A stretch of 64,000 nt of DNA from Lophium mytilinum (taxonomy: Eukaryota), in the NCBI GenBank assembly GCA_010093605.1, contig MU004195.1:496001-560000 (forward strand). The letters are read 5' to 3'. Positions 1-12,109 of this stretch are shown here, in pieces. The notes under the pieces are model-generated. The model saw only the letters and a list, made by a program, of their open reading frames with translations. It ran no database searches and had not been told where the DNA came from. How positions within the stretch are numbered: the stretch's first letter is position 1; each line of letters starts with the position of its first letter. Both the position numbers and the translations under genes were made by a program.

Positions 1-230
1 AAGAATAGATTATAGTGTTAAAAGGCAGGCTGTTCAGCTACGCGTTAGAAACTACGAGGTACGGCTGAGAGCCGACGTAGCACTGAAAGGCTGGGGCATA
101 AATACGGCGGCTAAGAGCCTTGGCTCTTGGCTGCACTCTTAAGTTGATAATTCCATTAGGCAGCAACGTTATCTCGGTCTTGCCGTGGATCTTGTTCCTG
201 GCCTGGGATTTAGGACGTCAAGTCCTTACA
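1..230. mobile_element. Possible 3' part of a solo LTR (truncated by window edge)
   Basis: Non-coding, contains an ATAAATA TATA-like motif and ends in ...AAGTCCTTACA (LTR-like CA terminus) at 230. The 5' end and TSD are not visible. Confidence 0.2.
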
Positions 231-275
231 GGTAGGTCCGAATTGAGGACGCCTCCCGCATGAAAGCCCCAGATT

Positions 276-417
276 CAGTGATGGAAATGGACTGGAGCCA
301 TTTGAACGTGGACTTGATGGAGGTACCCTGAAAAGGCCTCGGACTGGACTGGGTTTCTATCTGGGTTGCGTGGATTGAAAGCCTCATCCAGTCCACTCCA
401 GTCCATCTCCATCACTG
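276..417. mobile_element. MITE-like element with ~22-bp terminal inverted repeats
   Basis: CAGTGATGGAAATGGACTGGAG at the left end vs CTCCAGTCCATCTCCATCACTG at the right end (one mismatch as reverse complement). Internal GGACT/AGTCC repeats; no clear TSD. Confidence 0.6.
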
Positions 418-839
418 CAGGCTAAGTTCTATTGGCGATGACCTGAACCATTCGCCGCAGGAAATATGCTACATTTCGTCCGTCATTTTGCTTGCGGTCC
501 TCCTTGGTCCAACAGCTATAAAGATTTATGCTCCTGGAATCCTGGGACCCTGAGACGGCTGGGATTTTCCCAGTAACTTGCTACTAGTTCAGAGTGATCA
601 CCATGCTTGTGTGCTTGACTAATAAGCAAATATGCAACTCAAGTCGTGAGACTAAAAACAACCAAGTAAGCAGACTACGGGGTCGTGATTTCCTTGGTTT
701 TCTTGCAAGTATTTGAATGATATAAGGTGTTGAGGTGCTTGTCGGGACTCAGATAGAATAATCTTTCTGTTCGTAATTACGCCACGTCAAGAAATCGTGA
801 TAATTCTAGACCAGTGCGCATACCGACCATACCGAAGCC

Positions 840-1112
840 GTAGATTCGATTGCACGGATCGGATTGGCCAAATATGTAGTGGTTGAAAAGTCGCACGCGT
901 AGTGGAGCAGATCCTCTCCATGTGTGACAGGGCAGCGCTGCGGCGGTGAGGATATCCGTATTCCCCGGCCCGACTTCCTGCGCGCAATTTTGGAGCTCTA
1001 GAAAGTCGTGATAATTTCAAAGCAATATGTATACCAACTAAGTTGAGGCAGTAGATTCGATTGCACGGGTCAGATTGATTAAATTTGTGGTGGTTGAGGA
1101 GTCGCACGTGTA
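840..1112 (+). repeat. Imperfect ~62-bp direct repeat (840-901 and 1051-1112)
   Basis: GTAGATTCGATTGCACGG...GGTTGA..AGTCGCACG.GTA occurs twice; differences are mostly transitions. Confidence 0.75.
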
Positions 1113-1184
1113 TTTGTAGCGCGGTTCCGCCGGGCGGTCTCCGGGCAGGCCCTCAAAAAGGCCCCTTCGTCACGTGCTCGCTAG

Positions 1185-1745
1185 CTTATTTTTTAAACAA
1201 TATAAAATTATTAAAATTAAAACTGCTATATTAGTAGGGGGCTAGTACTAGTACCCCCTCTAATTAATATAAGTATACTCTCTTTTTTTAGTATATATAT
1301 ACCCTTTATTTTATCTAGTCTTTTAATTAGCCTAGAGAGCTTAAAATACTACTTTAGTACTTTATAGTAAGGCTATATAGTACTTAGCTATATATAAGGC
1401 TATAGATAAAACTATAAATAAAACTATATATATAAGCTATATATAAGGCTATATATAAGGCTACTTATAGTAAGGCTATATAGTATATCTATTTTACTAT
1501 ATATACTTTCTATTTTCTATAGTATATATAGGCTATTATATTACTATCTATATATCTATATATTTATAAGTATACTAAAATAGTTAAATTTTTACCTTAT
1601 TATAGCCTCTCTATATTAAACCTAGCCCCTCTATATTACTACTATACCTCTCTAGCTATTCTAATCTATTAACCCCTCTATATACTAATTATATAATACT
1701 ATTTAATATTAGAGCTTCTTAATAGAGAAAGTCCTTTATTAAGGT
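1185..1745. mobile_element. RIP-degraded AT-rich repeat/transposon relic
   Basis: Abrupt, very AT-rich block with excess TpA, near absence of CpA/TpG and no ORFs; contains short TAAGGCTATATA duplications. Confidence 0.7.
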
Positions 1746-1974
1746 CCAGATCGACTTAGGCATCCCAATCATTTCCGCATTGTAAATAGTCCAGAGAAAC
1801 AGATGCGCCAAGTACTTCGCCTGCTTCTCTGGGCTCCGGGCTGGATTGTCTGTGGGAGGAGGTATGTAGTCCGCTGGTTCGTATTCTTGTCGGGGATATC
1901 GTCTCCAAAAGTTATGAAATAGGGCCCAGAACGCCGCGTCTGTGTTGTTGGATCTCGGATCCCAGCCTTTTGAA

Positions 1975-3731
1975 CGTAATGCAACTTCAATGCTTGCAAT
2001 GTTCTTGGTATACTTGTAGCCGACATTGAAAGTAGCCGAGTAGAGGAGTGTCTACCTTTACAAGTTCAGTACGCATGCCTCTACTGGATTCAGCACCTTC
2101 AGAAAAGCGGTCGTCAGCTTCACGGCAACGACCAGATTCTCCAGTTTCTGCAAGAACATCTTCTTCATTGGCTCGAAGCTCTTGCCTGGATGGATAAGAT
2201 CTCTGAAGGAATAGACGCCATCACTACTTTGGAGTCTATTGCTCTTGTAAGCCAATGTGAATGCGGTGTGAATCTTCGCTAATTCTGTGATTAGCTTAAA
2301 AATTGTTCCTCTCTTTTGAGTTTCTCTCATGACATCCTACGATTCATCCGCAGTAGCCGCACAACAATTGAGCAAGCTCCCAATCAGACCTATTGCAGCG
2401 CGCTCATTTTTACGCCAGCGTTAAGCACAGTCAGGGAGCAGTTCAAGGATTGCATACCTCAATGGATACAAAGACTACCGAAGGTTGAAGATGACTGGAA
2501 CGCTTTATTACAGACACTCGAGGGCCATGCAGCTCCGGTCAACGCCGTGGCCTTCTCTCACGATAGCAGGCTGCTAGCGTCTGCATCATGTGACAAGACA
2601 GTCAGGCTGTGGGACAGTAGGACAGGAGCAGTCTTACAAACGCTGAAGGGCCATTTGGACTACGTTACTAGTGTAGCGTTCTCTCCAGACAGCAAGCTAC
2701 TGGCATCGGCATCAAGAGACAAGACCATTAGGTTATGGGATACCCAGTCAGGTGGAGAAGTACAGATACTTAGGGACCATTCAGACTGGGTCTGGGCTGT
2801 ATCTTTCTCACCAGATGGAAAGCTACTGGCCTCGGCATCAAGCGATAGAACAGTCAAGCTATGGGATGCCAAGTCACGAGTAGTGTTATGGACGCTTGAT
2901 AGCCATGTAGGCTACGTAAGCGCTGTAGCCTTTTCACCTGACAGCAAGTTACTGGCATCGGCTTCAAGAGACTCTACAATCAAGCTTTGGAACACTCAGT
3001 CAGGAGAAGAACTACGGATGCTCAAGGGCCATTCAGACTGGGTTATGGCTGTGGTGGTCTCATCAGATGGCAAGCTGCTAGCCTCAGCATCAAGCGATGG
3101 GACGATCAAGCTATGGGACATCCAGTCGGCATCAAGCGAAGGGATGGAAAATCTATGGGACACCCAGTCAAGTGAAGCACTACAGACGCTTATTGGTTGT
3201 TCGGACTGGGTCGTGACTATGACATTCTCATTTGACGGCAATCTGCTAGCATAAACATCGAAAATTGGAATGTTTAAGCTATGGGACGTCCAGTCGGGAG
3301 CAACAATACAGACACTCGAGGGCCATTCAGCCCCCGTCACCGCCGTGGCTTTCTCTCCAGATGACAGGCTACTTCTAGCCTCAGCATCACGCGACAAAAC
3401 GGTTAAGTTATGGGACACCTAGTCTGGATTGGCGCTACAAACGTTTGAAGTTGATAATTTTGTTCAGGACCATTCATTCTCCGATGATGGAACCTTCCTC
3501 CAGAGCGATCGAGGACCGTTACATAGCGACTTTCTTTCCAAGGGAACAGTCGTATCACAACCAAGCGTTCCACCTTCTCTCTTTCTTCGCGAACAATGAA
3601 TAAACCATGGCATCGAAAAGATTCCCTGGCTTCCCTCTAAGTATCGGTTAGGCTGCGTTGCTATCTGCGGAAACGTTGTTGCTTTTAGTCATCCATCCGA
3701 TCGAGTATCATTTATAGCATTTAACCTTTGA
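1975..3731 (+). pseudogene. 5'-truncated NACHT-WD40 (HNWD/HET-E-like) NLR pseudogene
   Basis: Post-NACHT linker (LPLQVQYACLYWIQHL...FLQEHLLHWLEALAW), intron near 2247-2293, YCSALIFTP motif, 7 WD40 repeats of ~42 aa and a typical WLPSKYR tail. In-frame stops at 3252 (TAA), 3420 (TAG), 3597 (TGA); no NACHT P-loop upstream. Confidence 0.88.
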
Positions 3732-4109
3732 AAATTGCGTCGGCTCACTATATGTAGGTGAATACCATTCGTAAAGGATGTAAAATATAACCTGCCCAGC
3801 TTGCAAAGCGTACTTCTACTACAAGTGCGGTGCTGTATGCTCGACGGCCAACAAGGTATACTGTCACCTGGTCGAAAAGTATGAGACTTGTAGCGAAAGA
3901 TGTTCGAACAGGTGATACTGATTATATATCCATCATCTGTACCTAGAATGGCAGACTGATTATAGCAGATCACAGTCCATACCAAACGTTATCAATGTAC
4001 TGCACCAACACTAACCTCGCCGAAGCGAGCCCATGGTTGTTACAGCAAACGCCACCAAATCATCCCCAGTATCAAAGAAGCGCGTTTTGTCTCCTTTCCA
4101 GTACCCATC

Positions 4110-5194
4110 TCAGGCACCCGGATGATCCCTCAACGGCTCAAACCTTCCACTCGTCTCGCGCGAATGAGCGGGTCTAGCAAAAGGTTCATAAGCCGTCTCA
4201 GTGGTCAATGGCTTCTCATCCTCCGCCAAGCCCGGAGTCGAGATCTTCTCATACGTGCCACCTTCCGCCTTTAACGTGCGCAGACCACGACGGCGGCGTG
4301 CGGAGTCACTTGACTTGGCGGACGAGGACCACAGTCCGCCCTTGTTCGAGCGGTGGTGCGGGTTATGGCGTCCGGAGCAGCAGCAGGCGCTCAAGAGCCA
4401 GAAGAGCGTGCCGGCCCAGGCGAACAAGACGGCGAGCCAGCCGAGCTGGAGTGCTTCGGTGCCGATGAATAGATGGACGTTATAGGGTTTGAAGATCTCG
4501 TTCATACTGCTGACTAAGGCGGAGAAGATCACGGTGCTGGTGAGCACGGCGGCGAAAATGAAGAGTGATAAGATCTGTATCACGACTGTCAGTTGCTTGT
4601 ATTTGCGGTTGAGCAGGGGAAGAAGGGACGTACGATGCTGAAGAGCCAAGTGAGGAAACTCCCGATGCGGCTGAAGATGGCAAGAAAACCACACAGGATG
4701 GTCGCGAGCGAAGCCCACAACGCGATTTCGTAGGCAATGAACAGCCAAAACCCAGCACCGCGGTAGGTATCGAGTGTCTCCTGCGCCGCTTTACCAAGAA
4801 TCTTGCCCTCTTCATCGCCCGTCATATTCTGCTGCGCAGAATCCAACCCCCAGGTCATAATGGGATCGAAAAAGTAGTCCTTCATCTTCGGTGAGCACCA
4901 AGTGACGACCCTCTCGTTGGTATTGCGCTCGCAGAAGTTCCAGAGATGGATCTCGTAGACTCGCGCGAGTTGATTGCTTTCGGCGGATTGCTTGAGTGCG
5001 GCTGTGAGTTCGTCACTTGGGAGGTTGGACGCCGTGACATCGAGTTCCGTGAAGTTGGCTTTGAAGAAGTGCAACCCGCTCACCGTGCCTTTCGAGCCCC
5101 AGCCGGAGATTGTGATCAGGACGATGCACACGAAAGAGGCGATAGTAAGGACCCAGGGCGTGAAGATGCACGCGGCTCGTGCTGCTTTGCCCAT
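4110..5194 (-). CDS. SUR7/PalI family integral membrane protein
   Basis: Exons 5194-4634 and 4574-4110 (intron 4575-4633, GTACGT...CAG). N-terminal TM, YEIHLWNFC motif, three further TMs and CCSGR..H tail. Confidence 0.85.
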
Positions 5195-6342
5195 TTTTGA
5201 GGACTCGAACGGTGCTGCTGCCCGTGGTAATGGCTTCCTTGGGGCTGCTGCCGTTGGCTTCTTGCAGTCTCAAAGCTGCCTTCTCGACTGTAGCGCAAAT
5301 CGAGGCTTCGCAAACAGCAAATCCTCCAGATCGCAAGCGGAAAACAGACAGCTGAGACAGTCGGGCGGCGACCAGGAGCGAGATTATTATACGAGGATGG
5401 AGCTTATCGCAGACTTGCTGCTATGAGATACCCATAGTCCGGTCCTTTAGCTATGTATCATAGGGCAGGCCAGCTCAGTGTCTAGCTCGCGGCGCTCAGC
5501 TGAGGGAGATGCAGCTCTAACACCCGGTATCCCCTCCTTCTCGGTAGTGAACACCAGAACTGTGCAGTCGCATATGCAGCCAAGAACGAGGCTGGAAGAT
5601 GCTTTCGCCTAGTGGTCGAGCTTGACCGACAAAGTTTATAGCTGGCTGTGGATGTTTTATCTTTGACCGCTATTACATCCTGATGATAAATGTAGCGGCC
5701 TCTGTTAAATGAGTAGATTGTGATACCAGCACGCGTTTAGGCGGACTGACACAAATCAAACCGTCGCTTCTTTGAATGCAGAAATGATCGCACTGCCAGA
5801 GTGTCGAGAGATGTGAGAATCAGTGGCTTGAGTGCTTGACCGATACCAAACTTGCCAACTGCGGGCTGCGGGCCACGATCTAGACTCCAGAGCATTTTGA
5901 GCGTCGGTGTCGTGCTCAGCTGCGGCTGAAGATGGAGTGTAGGGCTGAAGATGGAGTTCAGTCCGGCTCCGCCTATCGAACATCGCGTGGCGCTCAGCTG
6001 AGCTTGTTAGTAAGAGAGAGGCTTGCATTTCGAGACCGCTAGTGGATATCACAGTTTCGGTCTCGCCAAATTATTCACTCACTTGTACACACCACAATCT
6101 GCATGCCAAGGCGAACGTAGAAGCCAAGTCCGAGATAAGCTCAGCTCACGATGTTGCAGCAGAGCTTGGAGCATGCAGGCTCATAATATAGAGTATGCTC
6201 ACTCCATTCATCATTCTGCCCGCTCCCTATCCCCTCTCCTACGCGTCGAACTGATCACCTATCTTCCAACGACTTCATTCTAGGGACGTCTATTATTTTC
6301 TCTCCAATTTCGTTGGCAACGGACGATACCATCCTCGCAGAG

Positions 6343-7238
6343 ATGCGTAGCAGCTGTCTCTTGGCCGGCCTGATTGGCATGGCATTGGCGCAAAGTAATA
6401 CCCAAAGCAATAACTGGTACTCGGCGTCAGTTGGAAGTTCGACGACTTCGACAAGTTCCAGCGTTGCTTCGACAAGTTCCAGCACAACACCGACGTTGAT
6501 ATCATTGTCAACTCCGTCATCCACGCAAATCACAACCACTACCACAAGTACAAGTACGACTTCGTCTAGCCCAAGCAGCAGCAGCGCAAGCAGTAGCACG
6601 GCTGTGCCTCTGAGAGCAAGTGAGTGGGTCGCGATTGCAAAGACAATGATCAAGCAGCATCACTGCAATGACCCCAGCCAGTTGGCGTGGCGTTCGCCGT
6701 ATCGCAAGCCGATGAGCATTACTGACAGTAGTCTTTAGCGGCAATAGTTACCAGCTACAACGGTACGAACGTGCATGGCGGCGTCATCTTCGAGCAAGCC
6801 GACGCAAACTCTCCGACCATTATCACCTACGACTTCGCCGGGAATGGGCCCCTGGGCCAACGTGGTATACATATCCACAGAGACGGCAATACCGACTGTT
6901 TGGCTGCCGGCCCTCACTGTATGATAAACAATGATCACATCTCCCTACATTGATGGATATGTCTAATGTTCCCAGTCAACCCCGCCGGCATCAACCACGG
7001 GGATATTAATGCCGCCGTGAGTCACGCAGGAGATCTTGGCAACATACCGACCGACAGCCAGGGCGATGCCAAAGGGTCCGTGAGCGCCAAGTTTGTCTCG
7101 CTGAGCGGCCCAAACAGCGTGATCGGCCGCACTTTCATTATCCACGGCGGCCGGGATGATCTCGGTACAGGCACTGGCGATAGCAACACGACTGGCAATT
7201 CTGGCCTTCGTGTAGCCTGCGGCATCATCATGGCGTAG
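6343..7238 (+). CDS. Secreted Cu/Zn superoxide dismutase with Ser/Thr-rich N-terminal stalk
   Basis: Signal peptide MRSSCLLAGLIGMALAQ then an S/T-rich tract. Introns 6620-6738 and 6919-6975 splice in frame. Motifs GIHIH, GPHFNP, NHG, HAGDLGNI, IGRTFIIH, DDLG, GNSGLRVACGII. Confidence 0.9.
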
Positions 7239-7559
7239 GTCAATAGCGCTTGCTTTCTCGAGATGTGAAGCCGACGACCTGCTTCAGTACTGACAGGCGA
7301 CTGGGATAGCGTTAGGAATGCGCAATGAGGAGTTCTGGTCATGGAATGACATGTATCGTTGTCTGTAGGGTGCGAAGGATAAGCTCAGATATTCCTATTG
7401 CGGCAGTTATATTGAACAATAAACGTAGTAGACGTCGCTAGCTTCTTTGCCGCGTTGCCTAATAGGAGTAGCTAGTATCTCTCGACTATAGATAAACAGC
7501 GTCGGAACTACGTTTAGCTTATTACCTATATATTTATATACGTTAAACTTAAGATATCA

Positions 7560-10075
7560 GAACGCTGCGCGCTGCTATGTCTACCTTGCGGATGTTTCCA
7601 AACTCGACAACAAAGCAGATGGCGAAATGACATGGGAAGAGGCCTTCAGGACGAGTCGATGGTTTACCCGAGGCTGGACGCTTCAAGAGCTTATTGCACC
7701 AAGGCTGGTTGACTTCTTCAGCTTGGAGGGCGAGCGACTTGGGAGCAAATTATTGCTTGAGTCCGAGATACAAGAGATTACCGGCATCGCAAAGAATGCT
7801 CTCCGAGGCGATGCATTGTCGAATTTTGGCATCAAAGAGCGGAGGTCCTGGGCAGAGCGTCGCAATACCGGAATTGAAGAGGATGAAGTGTACTGTTGAG
7901 TTGGGATCTTTAATGTCTCCATGGTGCCAAACTATGGGGAGGGAAGAGGTCACGCATTCCGGCGGCTGGAGGAAGAGATTCACAGGTTATACAAGGGTAA
8001 AGTCGTTGGACAGATGTGCTAAATAAAGCCATGGAACTGACCAGCACAGGTGTCGATTTCGAACAATTTGCCATCGGGCTCAACCTTGCGTCATTTCCTG
8101 AAGCTGCACAGTTCGTTGCTAGAGAGAAGGAGCTGTTGAAGATGCATGAGCTGCTTCATGGTCATAGTAGCCGATCGGCAGTCGTCCTTCACGGGCTTGG
8201 AGGAATTGGAAGACTCAGCTGGCGATCGAATACGTCAGACGACACAAGGAGAAATACACGGCGATGTTCTGGCTGAATGCGAATGATGAAGATTCCCTTC
8301 GGCTGAGCTTTCGAGGCATTGCTCAGCAAGTCCTGAAGCGTCATCCTTCGACTGCAGGACTTATGAATGTGGATATGGACGGAGACCTTGATCGAGTAGT
8401 CAGTGCAGTCAAAGCCTGGCTCGATCTCCCGGAAAATACACGTTGGCTGATGGCCTATGACAAATTATGACAATCCCAGGATCTCTAACGATTCCGACTG
8501 CTCGGCCGTGGATGTGCGTCGATATTTACCAGAAAGTGACCACGGCTCGATCATCATCACGACGCGGTCAGCGAGGGTTACCCAAGGTCGACGTCTCCAG
8601 GTTCAGAAGTTGACAGGAACTGAGGACGGCCTCAAGATCTTGTCGAACATGTCTGGAAGGGAGGGCATTGAAAATGGTATGTTATATTGGGATAACCCGA
8701 GTTGAACGGAGCTGATAAGGTAGATCCTGATGCCAAAGCGCTCGTCATGAAGCTAGATGGCCTGCCTCTTGCTCTGTCCACGGCTGGGGCATATCTAGAG
8801 CACGTGACCTTCAGCTTCGCGGAGTATCTTCAGCTATATGAAGCATCATGGCTGAAACTCCAGATGACGAGTCCAATGTTGAGTTCATATGAAGACCGAT
8901 CATTGTACACGACATGGCAGGTCACCTTTGATCAGATTCGAAAACAGAATGCGGCCTCAGCCCAGTTGCTTAAGCTGTGGGCATATTTTGACAAGCAAGA
9001 CGTGTGGTTTGAACCTCTTCAACATGCATGCTCTGCGGACGATAAGTGGATACGGAAGCTTACGGCCCAGGACGATGAGTGGATACGCAAGCTTACTGAG
9101 GACGATTTGAACTTTAACGAGGCAGTTCGACTGCTATGCGTATACGTTCTAGCACATGCAGAACCCTCACTTCGACAGCCGTCCAGGTTCGCTGGGTATA
9201 GTCTGCATAGCTGTGTGCACTCATGGACGATATCTGTATTGAACTGCGAGTGGGACAATAACTTAGCAAGGCTAGCCCTGACTTGCGTGGCATTCGAAGT
9301 TCCTAGCAGGGATGTAGACAAGTGGTGGCGTTTACAGCAGCGGCTCCTTCAACATGCTGCAAGACATGAATATTTTATCGCGGATGGAATCGTGGATACT
9401 AAGGGAATAGAATGGGTGCTGCATAACCTAGGCAGCCTCTACGGCGACCAAGGCAAGCTGGCCGATGCGGAGGCCATGTACACTCGGGCGCTGCAAGGTT
9501 ACAAGGAGGCACTTGGACCAAAGCATACATTAACACTGAAGATGATTAACAACCTAGGCATCGTCTACGTTAAGCAAGGCTTGCTCTACGCTGACCAAGG
9601 CAAGCTGGCCAACGCGGAGGCCATGTACACTCGAGCGCTGGAAGGCTATGAGGAGGCACTTGGACTAAAGCACACGTCGACACTTAATACGGTTCATAAC
9701 CTAGGCATTCTCTACAAGAAGCAAGGCAAGCTGGCCAACGCGGAGGCCATGTATACTCGGGCGCTGCAAGGTTACGAGGAGGCACTCGGCCTTCAACTTG
9801 TGCCATCATACTTACCAGCATTGATAACTATGTGGTCCCTTGGCGACCTCTTCTCGATGATAGGTCGAACAGACTCAGCGAAAGCAATGTACAGTCGGGC
9901 ATTAGCTGGATATACAACGGTCGAAGGACCTTCTTCGGAATCGTGTAGGCAGCTCAAAGATCTACTTCAGGCGTTGCAAGTTGCGTCTAATGAGCCGAAA
10001 GCAGGCCAAGATGAGTCTACAGAGATTGGAGCGCCAAAGTCAAGGTCTCTTGAGCGGAAACATTCCACAAGCTAG
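7560..10075 (+). pseudogene. HET - NB-ARC - TPR NLR pseudogene, 5'-truncated
   Basis: HET C-terminal part (SRWFTRGWTLQELIAP) with in-frame TGA at 7897. 1-nt deletion in Walker A (LHGLGGIG[K]TQLA) near 8210 and +1 frameshift near 8460. GSIIITTR, LDGLPLAL and TPR repeats (LHNLGSLYGDQGKLADAEAMYTRALQG). The 5' end is replaced by an AT-rich patch at ~7420-7560. Confidence 0.88.
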
Positions 10076-10559
10076 GAAGGCGGTTAAATGCAGGGTAGAC
10101 TGTAATGGCAGTAACTTTTTTCTAATAAGTCTGCCATTCCAACCCATTCATGTAAAGGACTGATCAATTATTCTCGCTTAACTTCCGGAACAGAATTAAG
10201 CACAGCCTATGCGGAACCCTTTGACCATTGGCTCAGCTTTCAGTGATGAAACGTGATTAAATTTACAGTATATTGGGGTAACAACTACAAAGACTTTCTG
10301 AAATAGCGATGGGAGCATGGATGAAGTTGTAAAGGTTGATGGCACAAAAAAGCCACCAAAGGTGGGCTGGCATCCGGGCTAGTAGGCCGAACAATGAATG
10401 AAAGAAACACCCGACTAAAAGAGATAGAAGTGTCACGAATGGAAACAAAGGAATAAAGACGTGGAATGACAATAGATTCCTATGTCTTTTAACTTACAAG
10501 AAATCACAGGCGGCACTTTCGGCTACTTACCTACTACCTAGCTCTATGCTGCTTTGTGG

Positions 10560-12109
10560 TCACTTACGGGGACGGGTCGCCCTGGCTATCATCCGTTTCC
10601 GTGGCTCTTCTACCGTGCTTGCATTTGCCGTGCCTGCAGCATTGTCCAAGTCCATCTCCGAGGGCGGCGGTGACGATTGGTTAGATGAGTTTTGCAGTCT
10701 TGCCGACCTCCTAACTTTAGGAGTGCCCATTTTCTGTTTCTTTTTGGGTGGGCTGCCATCACCGGCGGGGTCGAGAGTTCCATCTTGGGTGCGCTTCCTG
10801 GTGGAAATGGCAGCTACAGGGCTATCGCTATTGCGTTTACGTTTATTCTTCGGGGCAATCTTCTCCTCCTCTGTTTCGGCTTTAGGAGTTCGATCTTTTT
10901 GAGTAGATCGGGTGGTCTGCGCCGTGCTGATGCCTTCCTTCGCTTCGGGCAGATCAGGTACGGGAAGAAGTTTATAAGTATATTCCTTCTTGAAACCAGG
11001 TATACGTGTGGCCCTAACTTGTAGCGTCGATGTCAAATCCAACACCGGAATCTCGCCAGACTCCGCAATCTCATTCCAAGTTCTTTCCTGGAAGAAATGG
11101 TCAACATAAGCCATTGGGATGGCAGATATGACATAGCTTCTACCTCCTACATAATCCTTCCAATTTTGAGCTGATAGCCCATAGTACGGAATAATATCGT
11201 CGTCATCGTTTGTGCCTGGCAACGCCTCGATCACATGCCCGAATGTGGACATTTCCCAGGCCCTACCTTCTTCAGCCTCCAAGTCGTCGATACTATGGAA
11301 GATATGCTTTTTGTCCTCGAGATGTTTACCTTGGGTTGACCCAGAAAAACGGAGAAAATTGATTGCGTGCGCGATCTCATGACCAAGGGAGACCGCGAGC
11401 AGAAAGCATGATCGTCGATAAAGGCTTGGAGAAGCAGCGATGTCGGGATTTTTGAAGTAGTCGATTATAGAACTGTGGATGCGAATTACGGCTATATAGG
11501 GGATATCAGCGAACCCTATTGGTCGGTCGCCCAAAACGTTGCTGGCTTTCAACTTGTCTAGGTCCGTGTCAGCGAAGCTTTGCGTGGTTTTAGATTCAGC
11601 TGTGGAAGACCCTTATCAGTCTTGGGAGGCGGCATTGGCCGAAACTTGACGTATCTGGCTAGCTGTTTTAAACGTTTTCGAGTTCTGGTTATTCTCTCAG
11701 GTGTAACAGCTACTGGGTCGAGGTAGAGTCTCCTCATTTTCGGATCTTTATGCTTCGAAAAGTAACCATCGATCCATGTGTTCAACGATTGCGTGTCGAG
11801 TGGGGTCTTACCCATGGCTTTGGAGTCTTTACTCGTCTGATACTGTGCTGCGTTTGTCAGCATGTTTGTAACGTAGGATCGTACAGGGGCATCGTATGTT
11901 AGCAATTTGGAGAGAAGCTGCAAGCCGGGGCTCATATTTTCGTATGCCTCGATTGGTATTTGAAAACATGATGCCTGAAGCAAAGGGTGTAACTCATCAG
12001 CAAGGTCTATCTCGTCCATGGGTACAATGCCATAAGCTTGGAGTCGCTCCAAAGTCACGCTTTTCGTTGGCTCAAACTTTGGCGGATTCAGGTTTAGTCG
12101 TGGAGCCAT
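10560..12109 (-). CDS. Hypothetical protein with HExxH (zincin-like) motif and basic low-complexity tail
   Basis: ORFs 12109-11558 and 11552-10560 can be joined in frame by a 53-nt intron 11610-11558 (GTCTTC..CTGAC..TAG; weak donor). LAVSLGHEIAHA followed by EEGRAWE..TFG. Confidence 0.6.
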
